From positions 2,340,001 to 2,372,000 of the forward strand of contig NC_014034.1 in NCBI RefSeq assembly GCF_000021865.1: a stretch of 32,000 nucleotides of DNA, given 5' to 3'. The number at the start of each line of letters is the position of its first letter. Position 1 is the stretch's first letter. The notes below the pieces were generated by a model. That model worked only from the letters and a program-made list of their open reading frames with translations, had not been told where the DNA came from and made no database searches. The position numbers and the translations under genes were made by a program. The DNA comes from Rhodobacter capsulatus SB 1003. GTDB lineage: Bacteria > Pseudomonadota > Alphaproteobacteria > Rhodobacterales > Rhodobacteraceae. This document shows positions 1-8,749 of this stretch, in pieces.

Positions 1-735
1 CTGCAGCGCGCGCTCGATCGCCGAGGGGGCAGACCGCGCCACCAAAGCCTCTTCCATCGTCAGGCCCCGCCAGCGCGGCTCGGTCGCCAGCACGATCTTG
101 CCCGCGCTGTCCATCACCGCGACGGCATCGGAAATCCCCGCCCAGGCGCGTTCATAGCGCGCCAGATCGGCGCCGACGACGATCACGCCGACCAGCTTGC
201 CATCGGCCAGAACGGCGCGGGAATAGACGAATTCGCTTGCCCCCGTCACCCCCTCGACCGCCGAGAACACGGTCTCGCGGGTGCGCTGCGCATCGACGAA
301 AAACGGCGCGTCGTTGAAGACGGTGCCCAGCACGTTGCGGTCGGTCGCCCCCATCACCCGGCCCTGCAGGTCCAAAAGCCGGATCGAGGCCACGCCCACC
401 TCTTCGCGCGCCGCGATCAAAAGCCCCGAGGTGGTGGAAAAATCCCCCGATCCCAGCGCCTTGGTCAGTTCAGGGTCGCGCGCAAGCAACAGCGGCACGA
501 CCGAGGTGCGCTGCAGTTCCGACAGGATGTTGCCGGAATAAAGCGCCAGCCGCAGCTCGGTGCGCATGCGGGTGGTTTCGGTGAAACGCTCGGTCAGCCA
601 GGTGTTGGTGAACCAGACGCCGACGACGGTGGCCAGCAGCATCAGCCCGGCAAGCGCCCGATAGGCCATGCGGCGCAGGCGGCGGCGGGCCTCGGAGGCG
701 GCAAGCAGATCGGGGCGCGGGGCAAGGGCGGTCAT
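1..735 (-). CDS. Sensor histidine kinase, N-terminal part (TM helix plus DctB-like periplasmic Cache/PDC sensing region). The start is in the window and the C-terminus runs off the left edge.
   Basis: I translated the minus strand by hand from the ATG at 733-735: MTALAPRPDLLAASEARRRLRRMAYRALAGLMLLATVVGVWFTNTWLTERF...SRAVLADGKLVGVIVVGADLARYERAWAGISDAVAVMDSAGKIVLATEPRWRGL. It stays open to base 1 with no stop and has high GC3. It is missing from the ORF track because it is truncated. Confidence 0.6.
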   Translation of the reverse strand, partial: MTALAPRPDLLAASEARRRLRRMAYRALAGLMLLATVVGVWFTNTWLTERFTETTRMRTELRLALYSGNILSELQRTSVVPLLLARDPELTKALGSGDFSTTSGLLIAAREEVGVASIRLLDLQGRVMGATDRNVLGTVFNDAPFFVDAQRTRETVFSAVEGVTGASEFVYSRAVLADGKLVGVIVVGADLARYERAWAGISDAVAVMDSAGKIVLATEPRWRGLTMEEALVARSAPSAIERALQ

Positions 736-780
736 GGCCCGACTTTAGGCGAAGCCGCCGCCCCCAACAAGGCGCGGCGG

Positions 781-1449
781 TCACACCGCCGCGAGCATCC
801 CCGCAAGCGCGCGGAAAAGCGCCGCCCCGTCGGTGCCGCCCTGCGCCTCTTCCACCACCCGCTCGGGATGCGGCATCAGCCCCAGCACGCGGCGGTTTTC
901 GCTCAGCACCCCGGCAATATCGGCGGTAGAGCCGTTCGGATTGTCGATATAGCGGAAGGCAACGCGGTCTTCGCCTTCAAGCCGCGCCAGCCCCTCGGCA
1001 TCCAGGACGTAATTGCCGTCGTGATGGGCGATCGGATAGGTCACCTCGGCGCCTGCCGCATAGCCGCGGGTAAAGGGGCTGTCCGTGGTCGCCACGCGCA
1101 GCCGCTGCGCCCGGCAGCGGAACTTCAGCCCGGCATTGCGCATCAGCGCCCCCGGCAGCAGACCCATTTCGGTCAGCACCTGAAAGCCGTTGCAGATCCC
1201 GATCACATGGCCGCCGCGGCCCGCGAAATCGACCACCGCCTGCCCGATCGGGCTGCGCGAGGCGATGGCGCCGCAGCGCAGATAATCACCAAAGGAAAAG
1301 CCCCCCGGCACGCCGATCACATCGGTTCCCGCAGGAATTTCGGTGTCCTTGTGCCAGACCCGCACCACCTCGGCGCCCGCTTTCGCGAAGGCATCGGCAA
1401 GGTCACGGTCGCAGTTCGACCCCGGAAAGGTGATGACGGCGGCTTTCAT
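781..1449 (-). CDS. purQ: Phosphoribosylformylglycinamidine synthase subunit PurQ (glutamine amidotransferase)
   Basis: 222 aa, [16 protein letters not shown]...GICNGFQ...HPE. This is the typical PurQ class-I amidotransferase signature, and the gene sits in a purS-purQ arrangement. Confidence 0.93.
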   Translation of the reverse strand: MKAAVITFPGSNCDRDLADAFAKAGAEVVRVWHKDTEIPAGTDVIGVPGGFSFGDYLRCGAIASRSPIGQAVVDFAGRGGHVIGICNGFQVLTEMGLLPGALMRNAGLKFRCRAQRLRVATTDSPFTRGYAAGAEVTYPIAHHDGNYVLDAEGLARLEGEDRVAFRYIDNPNGSTADIAGVLSENRRVLGLMPHPERVVEEAQGGTDGAALFRALAGMLAAV

Positions 1450-1466
1450 CGCGAAAGGGCTCCTGC

Positions 1467-1487
1467 TTTTTCTTGGCTCAAATACGC
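1467..1487. repeat. 21-nt intergenic repeat TTTTTCTTGGCTCAAATACGC (copy A), directly followed by the GC-rich palindrome CCGGGGG...CCCCCGG (1487-1513)
   Basis: It matches 6617-6637 exactly over 21 nt. It lies in the purS-purQ spacer. Confidence 0.8.
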
Positions 1488-1518
1488 CGGGGGTCCGGGG
1501 GCAGCGCCCCCGGCGCCC

Positions 1519-1758
1519 TCAGCAGATCTCGACGGTGTATTTCTCGATCACGGTATTGGCGAGAAGTTTCTCGCACATCGCCTTGACTTCGGTTTCCGCC
1601 GCAGCCCGGTCGGTCGCGGTCAGATCCAGCTCGATCACCTTGCCCTGACGCACCGCCTCGACGCCGGTGAAGCCCAGATGGCCAAGCGCATGCCGCACCG
1701 CCTCGCCTTGCGGGTCCAGCACCCCATCCTTCAGCATCACATGCACACGGGCTTTCAT
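1519..1758 (-). CDS. purS: Phosphoribosylformylglycinamidine synthase subunit PurS
   Basis: This uses the internal ATG at 1756-1758 of track ORF 1519..1932. It gives 79 aa, MKARVHVMLKDGVLDPQGEAV...TVIEKYTVEIC, with a GAGGAG RBS upstream. The size and sequence are typical of PurS. Confidence 0.9.
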   Translation of the reverse strand: MKARVHVMLKDGVLDPQGEAVRHALGHLGFTGVEAVRQGKVIELDLTATDRAAAETEVKAMCEKLLANTVIEKYTVEIC

Positions 1759-1939
1759 CCGGGATCTCCTCGCTTGGGGCTGGCGTCTCGACAGGTGGCC
1801 GCACCCGTCCGTTTCGGCCCTGATAGCCCAAGCCCCCGGCCTCGGGCAAGCGCGATGGCGCATGGCGCGGGCGCAGATTGGCGGGCCAAACGAAAAGGGC
1901 GGCCCCGCGGGACCGCCCCTTCGCTCCTGCAACCGCGGA

Positions 1940-2701
1940 TCAGTTGATCAGCGTCGGCTTCATCGGCGTCGCATTGGCGGGCATCACGCCCAGCCGCCGC
2001 GCCACTTCGGTATAGGCGTCGGTGAGCGAGCCCAGATCGCGCCGGAACACGTCCTTGTCGAGCTTCTGCCCCGTCTTCACATCCCACAGACGGCAGCTGT
2101 CGGGGCTGATTTCATCGGCCACGATCAGCCGCATGAAATCGCCATCCCAGATCCGGCCGATCTCGATCTTGAAATCGATCAGCTTGATGCCGACGCCAAA
2201 GAACACGCCCGACAGGAAATCGTTCACCCGCAGCGCCAGGCTGACGATATCGTCCAGATCCTGCTGGTTCGCCCAGCCGAAGGCGATGATGTATTCTTCG
2301 GGCACCAGCGGATCGCCAAGCGCATCATTCTTGTAGCTGTATTCGACGATCGGCCGCGGCAGCGCCGTGCCTTCCTCGATGCCCAGCCGCTTCGAGATCG
2401 ACCCGGCGGCGAAATTGCGCACGATGACCTCAAGCGGCACGACCTCGACCTGACGGATCAGCTGCTCGCGCATGTTCAGACGGCGGATGAAGTGGTTCGG
2501 AATGCCCACATTCGTCAGCCCGGTCATGAAGAATTCCGACAGCCGGTTGTTGAGCACGCCCTTGCCCTCGATCGTCGCTTTCTTCTGCGCGTTGAAGGCG
2601 GTCGCGTCGTCCTTGAAATACTGCACCAGCGTTCCCGGCTCCGGGCCTTCGTAAAGGATCTTCGCCTTGCCTTCGTAGATTTTCTTGCGACGCGGTGCCA
2701 T
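1940..2701 (-). CDS. purC: Phosphoribosylaminoimidazole-succinocarboxamide (SAICAR) synthase
   Basis: 253 aa, [37 protein letters not shown]..., with a GGAGAG RBS before the ATG. Confidence 0.93.
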   Translation of the reverse strand: MAPRRKKIYEGKAKILYEGPEPGTLVQYFKDDATAFNAQKKATIEGKGVLNNRLSEFFMTGLTNVGIPNHFIRRLNMREQLIRQVEVVPLEVIVRNFAAGSISKRLGIEEGTALPRPIVEYSYKNDALGDPLVPEEYIIAFGWANQQDLDDIVSLALRVNDFLSGVFFGVGIKLIDFKIEIGRIWDGDFMRLIVADEISPDSCRLWDVKTGQKLDKDVFRRDLGSLTDAYTEVARRLGVMPANATPMKPTLIN

Positions 2702-2930
2702 GGGCTCTCCAATATCGAACGGGTGGCCGTGCGGGGCACACGGTCACTGCCTTCGCGCCCATTAGCGCAAGAGCGCCCTTCCCGCAAGGCAAAGCCGGTC
2801 GCGCCCCCGCATCCGCGCCATTTGGCGCGCGTCACGCGCGCGCAACCGCGTCGCGAGGGGCGGAATCAGCCTTGCAGCCGCGCGCCGTTGAACCCATATC
2901 TGCCGCGAGAGACTGACCTAGGGGGGAACC

Positions 2931-3245
2931 ATGACCACTTTCGACGATCGCGAACATGCCTACGAAGCGAAATTCGCGCATGATGCCGATCTGCGCTTCA
3001 AGGCCGAGGCCCGGTCGGTGAAGATTCTGGCGCAATGGGCGGCGGGGCTTCTGGGCAAGACCGAGGCCGCGCTGGACGCCTATGTGGGCGAAGTTCTGGC
3101 CGCCGATTTCGAAGAGGCGGGCAAGGATGATGTCGTGCGCAAGCTTGTCGCCGATCTGGCGGGCAAGGCCGACGAGGCGACGATCCGGGCCGAGCTGCAG
3201 AAATCGATGGCCGAGGCGATGAAACAGCTCGCCAGCGCGGGCTGA
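2931..3245 (+). CDS. DUF1476 protein, the ATPase inhibitor zeta subunit of alphaproteobacterial F1Fo-ATPase
   Basis: 104 aa. The N-terminus MTTFDDREHAYEAKFAHDADLRFKAEAR closely resembles the Paracoccus denitrificans zeta-subunit inhibitory N-terminus as I recall it. Confidence 0.8.
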   Translation: MTTFDDREHAYEAKFAHDADLRFKAEARSVKILAQWAAGLLGKTEAALDAYVGEVLAADFEEAGKDDVVRKLVADLAGKADEATIRAELQKSMAEAMKQLASAG

Positions 3246-3289
3246 AACCCGGACCGCCGCGGGCGCCGCAAGGCGCCCCGGATCCTTCG

Positions 3290-3328
3290 CACCGCCCTTC
3301 CCCGCGAAGGCGCGGTGTTTTCGTTTTC
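3290..3328 (+). terminator. Intrinsic terminator after the zeta gene
   Basis: Stem CACCGCCCTTC / GAAGG(C)GCGGTG with loop CCCGC, followed by TTTTCGTTTTC. A second perfect hairpin, GGGCGCC-gcaa-GGCGCCC, lies at 3261-3279. Confidence 0.6.
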
Positions 3329-3342
3329 GGTGTTTTCGTTTT
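3313..3342. repeat. Exact 15-bp tandem duplication, CGGTGTTTTCGTTTT x2
   Basis: Read directly from the sequence. 3313-3327 equals 3328-3342, and a third partial unit, CGG, follows. Confidence 0.9.
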
Positions 3343-3462
3343 CGGCGCCCCGCCCCGGATGGTTAAGCGCCGGCAACCAAATCTGCGGGAAAGCTGCGAC
3401 TTTTCACCGCTTGCTAACCCTTGGCGCGCATCCTTCCGGTTGCGCATCTTCGGGGAGGCAGC

Positions 3463-5481
3463 ATGTCCAAAGACACGGAAACGGCCTTTGCGGCCGCGCT
3501 TGCGGCACGGGGCCTGGTTTTGCCCGAGGGCATGCGGATCGGCGCGGCGGCGCGCAAGCAGGCGCTGGGCCTCGGGCTGGTCGCGGTGTTCCTGTGGGTG
3601 CTGCGCGACAAGCTGGCCAGCTTTGACGGGGCGGCGATTCTGGCGGCGCTGACGCGGGTCGATGCGCTGTCCTGGGGTCTGGCGCTGGCGGCGACCGTCG
3701 CATCCTTTGCGGCGCTGGCGCAATATGACGCGCTGATCCACCGCGCGCTGGGCACCGGCACCGCGCCCGGCCCGGCCCGTCGCGGCGGCTGGACCGCGAT
3801 CGCGCTGTCGCAGACGATCGGATTCGGGCTGGTCTCGGGGGCGCTGGTGCGCTGGCGGATGCTGCCCGACACCTCTCTCGCCCAGGCCAGCAAGATCACC
3901 GCCACCGTCGCCGCGACCTTTCTGGCGGGCTGGTCGGTGCTGACCGCGGCGGTGCTGCTGGTCGCGCCGGTCGATCACCAGCATCTGCCGGTGCTGGCGG
4001 TGCAGGGGCTGGCGGTTCTGGGCCTCGTGCTGGGCGGCGGGCTGGCGCTGGCGACGCTCGTTCTGCCCGAGGGGCTGCGGCTCGGCCGCTTCACCCTGCG
4101 GCTGCCGCCGCTGGCGGTGATGGGGCGGATCCTGGCCCTTGCGACGCTTGACACCGCCTTTGCCGCCGCGGCGCTCTGGGCGCTTTTGCCCGGCACCGAG
4201 CCGCTTTCCTTCCTGACGCTTTATCCCGCCTTCCTGCTGGCGCAGGGCGCGGGGCTGGTGTCGAACACCCCGGGCGGCGTCGGCCCGTTCGAGATCACGC
4301 TGATCACCCTTCTGCCCGGCACCGCCCAGCCCGAGCTGATCGCGGCGATTCTGGCCTGGCGGATCGTCTATTACGGCCTGCCCGCGCTGGCGGCGATCAC
4401 GCTGGTGGCGCTGCGTCCGGCGCATGTGCTGCGCAAAAGCACGGTGCTGCTGCCCGCCGAGGCGCCAAAGCCGCTGCTGCGCCGTGCGCTTGCGGGGCCG
4501 CAGGCGGAACTTGGCCTGCTGCGGCAGGGCGAACACGGGCTTTTGCCCGGCGATTGCGGCACCGGCGGCTGGATGGTCGGGCGCGGCGCCCGCACCCTGA
4601 CCGGGCTTCTCGACCCGTTCGGCGCGACCCCGGTGCCGGTGCTGCTCGAACGGCTGCGCAGCTCGGCCCGGGCCGAAGGGCGCGTGGCCTGCCTTTACAA
4701 GATTTCCCCCCGCGTCGCGGCGCGGGCCCGGGCGGCGGGCTGGGTCATCGCCCCGGTCGCGACCGAGGTCTGGCTTGATCCCGCCCGCTTCGATCTGAAC
4801 ACCCCCGCCCGCGCCGGGCTGCGGCGCAAGCTGCGCAAGGCCGAGAAATCCGGCCTGCGCGTCACCCGCGCCCTCGGCCTGCTGCCGCTTGACGAAATGG
4901 CCGGGCTTGCCCGCGCCTGGGCGGTGGCGCATGGCGGCGAACGCGGCTTTTCGATGGGCCGTTTCGCCGCGGATTACGTCTCGGCGCAGCAGGTTCTGCT
5001 GGCTCGCGACGGCACGGGGCGTCTGGTCGGCTTTGCCAGTTTCCATGTCACCGCGGCGGAATGGGGGCTCGATCTGATGCGCCCGGCCGCGGATGCCCCC
5101 GATGGCACGATGCAGGCGCTGATCGCCACCGCGATCACCGAGGCGGCCCGGGCCGGGGCCCGGCGGCTCTCGCTCGCCGCCCTGCCGCCGCGCGCCGAGG
5201 ACACGGCGGGACCGGCGGCGCTGCTGTGGCGGCGGGCCGAAAAGGGCAAGGGCGCCGCCGGTCTGCGCCAGTTCAAGATGGGATTCGCGCCGCAGCTGTC
5301 GCCCCGCTACATCGCCGCGCCCTCGCCCGCGGCGCTGATGCTGGCCGCCGCCGACATCGCCCGCGCCATCCACCGCCCGGCCCCCCTGCCCGGCTGCGCC
5401 GCCGCGGCCGAGACCGAAATCGAGCTCGACACCGGCCCCGCGCTTGCCACCGATCCGGTGTTCGTTTCACGCGCGTCCTGA
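3463..5481 (+). CDS. MprF-like protein (lysylphosphatidylglycerol-synthase TM region plus C-terminal DUF2156 / aminoacyl-PG synthase-like domain)
   Basis: Same frame as track ORF 3421..5481. I preferred the ATG at 3463 because it follows a GGGGAGG RBS. The N-terminal half has multiple TM segments, and the C-terminal half resembles the DUF2156 domain (…FSMGRF…LVGFASF…LDLMR…FKMGF). Confidence 0.75.
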   Translation: MSKDTETAFAAALAARGLVLPEGMRIGAAARKQALGLGLVAVFLWVLRDKLASFDGAAILAALTRVDALSWGLALAATVASFAALAQYDALIHRALGTGTAPGPARRGGWTAIALSQTIGFGLVSGALVRWRMLPDTSLAQASKITATVAATFLAGWSVLTAAVLLVAPVDHQHLPVLAVQGLAVLGLVLGGGLALATLVLPEGLRLGRFTLRLPPLAVMGRILALATLDTAFAAAALWALLPGTEPLSFLTLYPAFLLAQGAGLVSNTPGGVGPFEITLITLLPGTAQPELIAAILAWRIVYYGLPALAAITLVALRPAHVLRKSTVLLPAEAPKPLLRRALAGPQAELGLLRQGEHGLLPGDCGTGGWMVGRGARTLTGLLDPFGATPVPVLLERLRSSARAEGRVACLYKISPRVAARARAAGWVIAPVATEVWLDPARFDLNTPARAGLRRKLRKAEKSGLRVTRALGLLPLDEMAGLARAWAVAHGGERGFSMGRFAADYVSAQQVLLARDGTGRLVGFASFHVTAAEWGLDLMRPAADAPDGTMQALIATAITEAARAGARRLSLAALPPRAEDTAGPAALLWRRAEKGKGAAGLRQFKMGFAPQLSPRYIAAPSPAALMLAAADIARAIHRPAPLPGCAAAAETEIELDTGPALATDPVFVSRAS

Positions 5482-5550
5482 GCGAAAGGAAATTGCACTT
5501 TTCCCCGCCCCGTGGCAGGGAAAGGCCGACCTTGGTTCAGGAGAAACCCG

Positions 5551-6567
5551 ATGACCAACACGCTTTCCCGCCTGCTGAAATCCCGCGACTGGCTCTTGGC
5601 CGACGGGGCGACCGGAACCAACCTCTTCAACATGGGGCTGAGCTCGGGCGAGCCGCCGGAACTTTGGAACGTCGAGCACCCCGACCGGATCGCGAAACTT
5701 TACGGCTTCGCGGTCGAGGCGGGATCGGACCTGTTTCTGACCAACAGCTTCGGCGGCAATTCGGCGCGGCTGAAGCTGCACAATGCGCAGGGCCGGGTGC
5801 GGGAGCTGAACCGCATCGCCGCGGAAATCGGCCGCAATGTCGCCGACAAGGCCGGCCGTCCGGTCGCCGTCTGCGGCTCGGTCGGGCCGACGGGCGAGAT
5901 CTTCGCGCCGATGGGCACGCTGACGCATGAGCTGGCGGTCGAGATCTTCCACGAACAGGCCGAGGGCCTGAAAGAGGGCGGCGCCGACGTGCTCTGGGTG
6001 GAAACCATCTCGGCGCCCGAGGAATACAAGGCCGCCGCCGAAGCTGCCCGCCTTGCGGGCATGGACTGGTGCGGCACGATGAGCTTCGACACTGCCGGGC
6101 GCACGATGATGGGCGTCACTTCGGCGCAGCTGGCGGCGCTGGTGGAAAAACTGCCGAACCCGCCGCTGGCCTTCGGCGCCAATTGCGGCGTCGGCGCGGC
6201 GGATCTGCTGCGCACGCTGATGGGCTTTGTCGCCACCGGCACGGAACGCCCGCTGATCGCCAAGGGCAATGCGGGGATCCCGAAATACCACGACGGCCAC
6301 ATCCATTACGACGGCACGCCCGAACTGATGGGCGATTACGCCTGCCTCGCCCGCGATGCGGGGGCCACGATCATCGGCGGCTGCTGCGGCACGATGCCGG
6401 TGCATCTGCAGGCGATGCACGAGGCCCTGTCCACCCGCCCGCGCGGGCCGCGCCCGAGCCTCGAGGAAATCGCTGCGAAACTGGGCGCCTTCTCCTCGGC
6501 CTCGGATGGCACCGGCGATGATGACGGCGGCCCCGCCCGCGAGCGCCGCGGTCGCCGTCGCGGCTGA
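5551..6567 (+). CDS. Homocysteine S-methyltransferase-family protein (MetH homocysteine-binding module, or betaine-homocysteine methyltransferase-like)
   Basis: ATG at 5551 follows an AGGAGA RBS, in frame with track ORF 5512..6567. Zn-ligand motifs are present: GANCGVG and GGCCGT. The protein begins LLADGATGTNLF. Confidence 0.85.
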   Translation: MTNTLSRLLKSRDWLLADGATGTNLFNMGLSSGEPPELWNVEHPDRIAKLYGFAVEAGSDLFLTNSFGGNSARLKLHNAQGRVRELNRIAAEIGRNVADKAGRPVAVCGSVGPTGEIFAPMGTLTHELAVEIFHEQAEGLKEGGADVLWVETISAPEEYKAAAEAARLAGMDWCGTMSFDTAGRTMMGVTSAQLAALVEKLPNPPLAFGANCGVGAADLLRTLMGFVATGTERPLIAKGNAGIPKYHDGHIHYDGTPELMGDYACLARDAGATIIGGCCGTMPVHLQAMHEALSTRPRGPRPSLEEIAAKLGAFSSASDGTGDDDGGPARERRGRRRG

Positions 6568-6585
6568 TCCGACCCGTTGAAAAGA

Positions 6586-6637
6586 GCGTATTTTGACCAA
6601 GAAAAAGCCGATGGGTTTTTTCTTGGCTCAAATACGC
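6586..6637. repeat. Imperfect palindrome built from the 21-nt repeat. Left arm GCGTATTTTGACCAAGAAAAA, 10-nt spacer, right arm TTTTTCTTGGCTCAAATACGC (copy B). It may act as a bidirectional terminator.
   Basis: The arms are complementary at 18 of 21 positions. The right arm is identical to 1467-1487. It lies between two convergent stop codons (6567 and 6665). Confidence 0.7.
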
Positions 6638-6664
6638 ATCCTTGGCCCGCAGGAGGCGCAGGTG

Positions 6665-7771
6665 TCAGAACAGTTCGAGCTGCTCGCCCGCGCGGGGGGG
6701 CACGGCAAAGCGCGTGCGGTCGAGCGGCGGCAGCGCGGCGGCCAGGCTGAGACGGCGGCAGGAGACCTCGAAGCGGCGGGCCAGAAGCTCGGCCTCGGTG
6801 CCCTCGCCCTCCATCCGCGTGGTGAAGCGCGGGTCGTTCAGCTTGCCACCGCGAAAGGCCGCGATCGCGTTCAGCACCTTTTCCGCCCGCAAGGGGTAAT
6901 GCCGCGCCAGCCAGTCGGCGAAAAGGGGCGCGACCTCGTTGGGCAGGCGCAGCGGGATCATCTCGGCGGCGCGGGCGCCCGCGCGCCGCGCCTCGGTCAG
7001 GATCGCTTCAAGCGCGGCATCGGTCAGGCCGGGAATGATCGGCGCGGCCATGACCCGCACCGGAATGCCCGCCCGCGCGGCCTCGCGGATGATCCGCAGC
7101 CGGGTCTGGGGGCTGGGCGCGCGCGGTTCAAGCTTGCGCGCCAGATCCTCGTCAAGCGTCGTCAGCGACACCGCCAGATGCACGAGATTGCGTTTCGCCA
7201 GCGAGGCGAGCAGGTCAAGATCGCGCAGCACCCCGGCGCCGCGGGTGGTGAGCAGCAGCGGATGGTTGAAATCGCTGAGCACCTGCAGAAGGCCGCGGGT
7301 CAGGCCCCAGTCCGCCTCGATCGGCTGATAGGGGTCGGTGGCGGTGCCCAGAGCGATCGGCGCGGGCACATAGCCGCGTTTCGACAGCTCGCGCGCCAGA
7401 AGATCGGGCGCCTCGGGTTTCGCGATCAGCCGGGTTTCGAAATCAAGCCCCGCCGAGAGGCCCAGAAAGCCATGCGTCGGCCGCGCGAAGCAATAGATGC
7501 AGCCATGTTCGCAGCCGCGATAGGGGTTCACCGCGCGGTCGAAGGGCACGTCGGGGCTCTGGTTCCGGGTGATCACCGATTTCGGCCGTTCCACGCTGAC
7601 CTCGGTGCGCAGAAGCTTCGCGTCCTCGACCAGATCCCAGCCGTCGGGCTCGACGATCCGCGCATAGGGTTCGAACCGGCCGACCGGATTCGCAGCCGCC
7701 CCCCGCGCGCGCAGGCGGTGGCGCGGATCGGCAGGCGGCAGGTCGAGCGGCAGGGGCAGAGCGTGCATCAT
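6665..7771 (-). CDS. Radical SAM protein, PA0069/SplB-like family
   Basis: 368 aa with a CxxxCxxC cluster motif in NPYRGCEHGCIYCFARP. This family is commonly annotated as PA0069-family radical SAM. Confidence 0.85.
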   Translation of the reverse strand: MMHALPLPLDLPPADPRHRLRARGAAANPVGRFEPYARIVEPDGWDLVEDAKLLRTEVSVERPKSVITRNQSPDVPFDRAVNPYRGCEHGCIYCFARPTHGFLGLSAGLDFETRLIAKPEAPDLLARELSKRGYVPAPIALGTATDPYQPIEADWGLTRGLLQVLSDFNHPLLLTTRGAGVLRDLDLLASLAKRNLVHLAVSLTTLDEDLARKLEPRAPSPQTRLRIIREAARAGIPVRVMAAPIIPGLTDAALEAILTEARRAGARAAEMIPLRLPNEVAPLFADWLARHYPLRAEKVLNAIAAFRGGKLNDPRFTTRMEGEGTEAELLARRFEVSCRRLSLAAALPPLDRTRFAVPPRAGEQLELF

Positions 7772-7937
7772 GGCCGAAAATTAGAACGAAATGGGAACAT
7801 TTCGCAAGAGATTCGCCCGGGGTCCGTTCTGCGGACAGCGACGCCGCGTCGGGGACGGACCGGCGCATGTCGCAAAACGGCAAGTAATCGAAGCCTTTTT
7901 TCCGCATCACAAAAGCAAGCACCCGCAGGAGACAGCC

Positions 7938-8636
<699 letters not shown>

Positions 8637-8679
8637 GGCTGGCAGATCGGCGCCGGAGCCTTTCCGACAGCGGACGACA

Positions 8680-8710
8680 GGCCCCGACCCGGTTCGGGGC
8701 CTTTTCTTTT
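8680..8710 (+). terminator. Intrinsic terminator after the corrinoid protein gene
   Basis: Perfect 8-bp stem GGCCCCGA / TCGGGGCC with loop CCCGGT, followed by TTTTCTTTT. Confidence 0.85.
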
Positions 8711-8749
8711 GCGCCCGCGCCCCCATATGAGAGGAATGGAGAATGACCG

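Noticed and set aside
1945-1951. Additional TTGATCA cores at about 1945 and about 29864, as possible further copies of the GntR-associated motif
   Set aside because: Only the 6-7 nt core matches. A palindromic hexamer like TGATCA is expected a few times by chance in 32 kb, and the flanks do not match the ATGATCAAAT extension.
2702-2930. ZTP (pfl) or another purine-related riboswitch in the purC leader
   Set aside because: The minus-strand leader has GC hairpins (for example CCGTG-tgccccg-CACGG). It lacks the conserved GACUGGCG and CCGCCUGGGC elements of the ZTP motif as I recall them.
2998-5373. Very long ORFs antisense to, or out of frame with, the called genes. Examples: 2998..5373(-), 6593..7948(+), 9540..11555(+ part), 12653..14125(+), 14341..15519(-), 17113..19500(-), 19740..22349(-), 23142..25715(+), 28999..31734(-), 868..1947(+).
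   Set aside because: These are typical shadow ORFs of a high-GC genome. Their translations are Arg/Gly/Pro/Ala-rich low-complexity strings with no recognisable motifs. Each one overlaps a gene that has clear family signatures and proper GC3 bias.
7880-7937. SAM-II riboswitch directly upstream of the corrinoid protein gene
   Set aside because: Only a loose GCCUUUUUU...AAAAGC pairing is visible, and I could not match the SAM-II consensus with confidence. I kept it as an open structured-leader observation and did not make a call.
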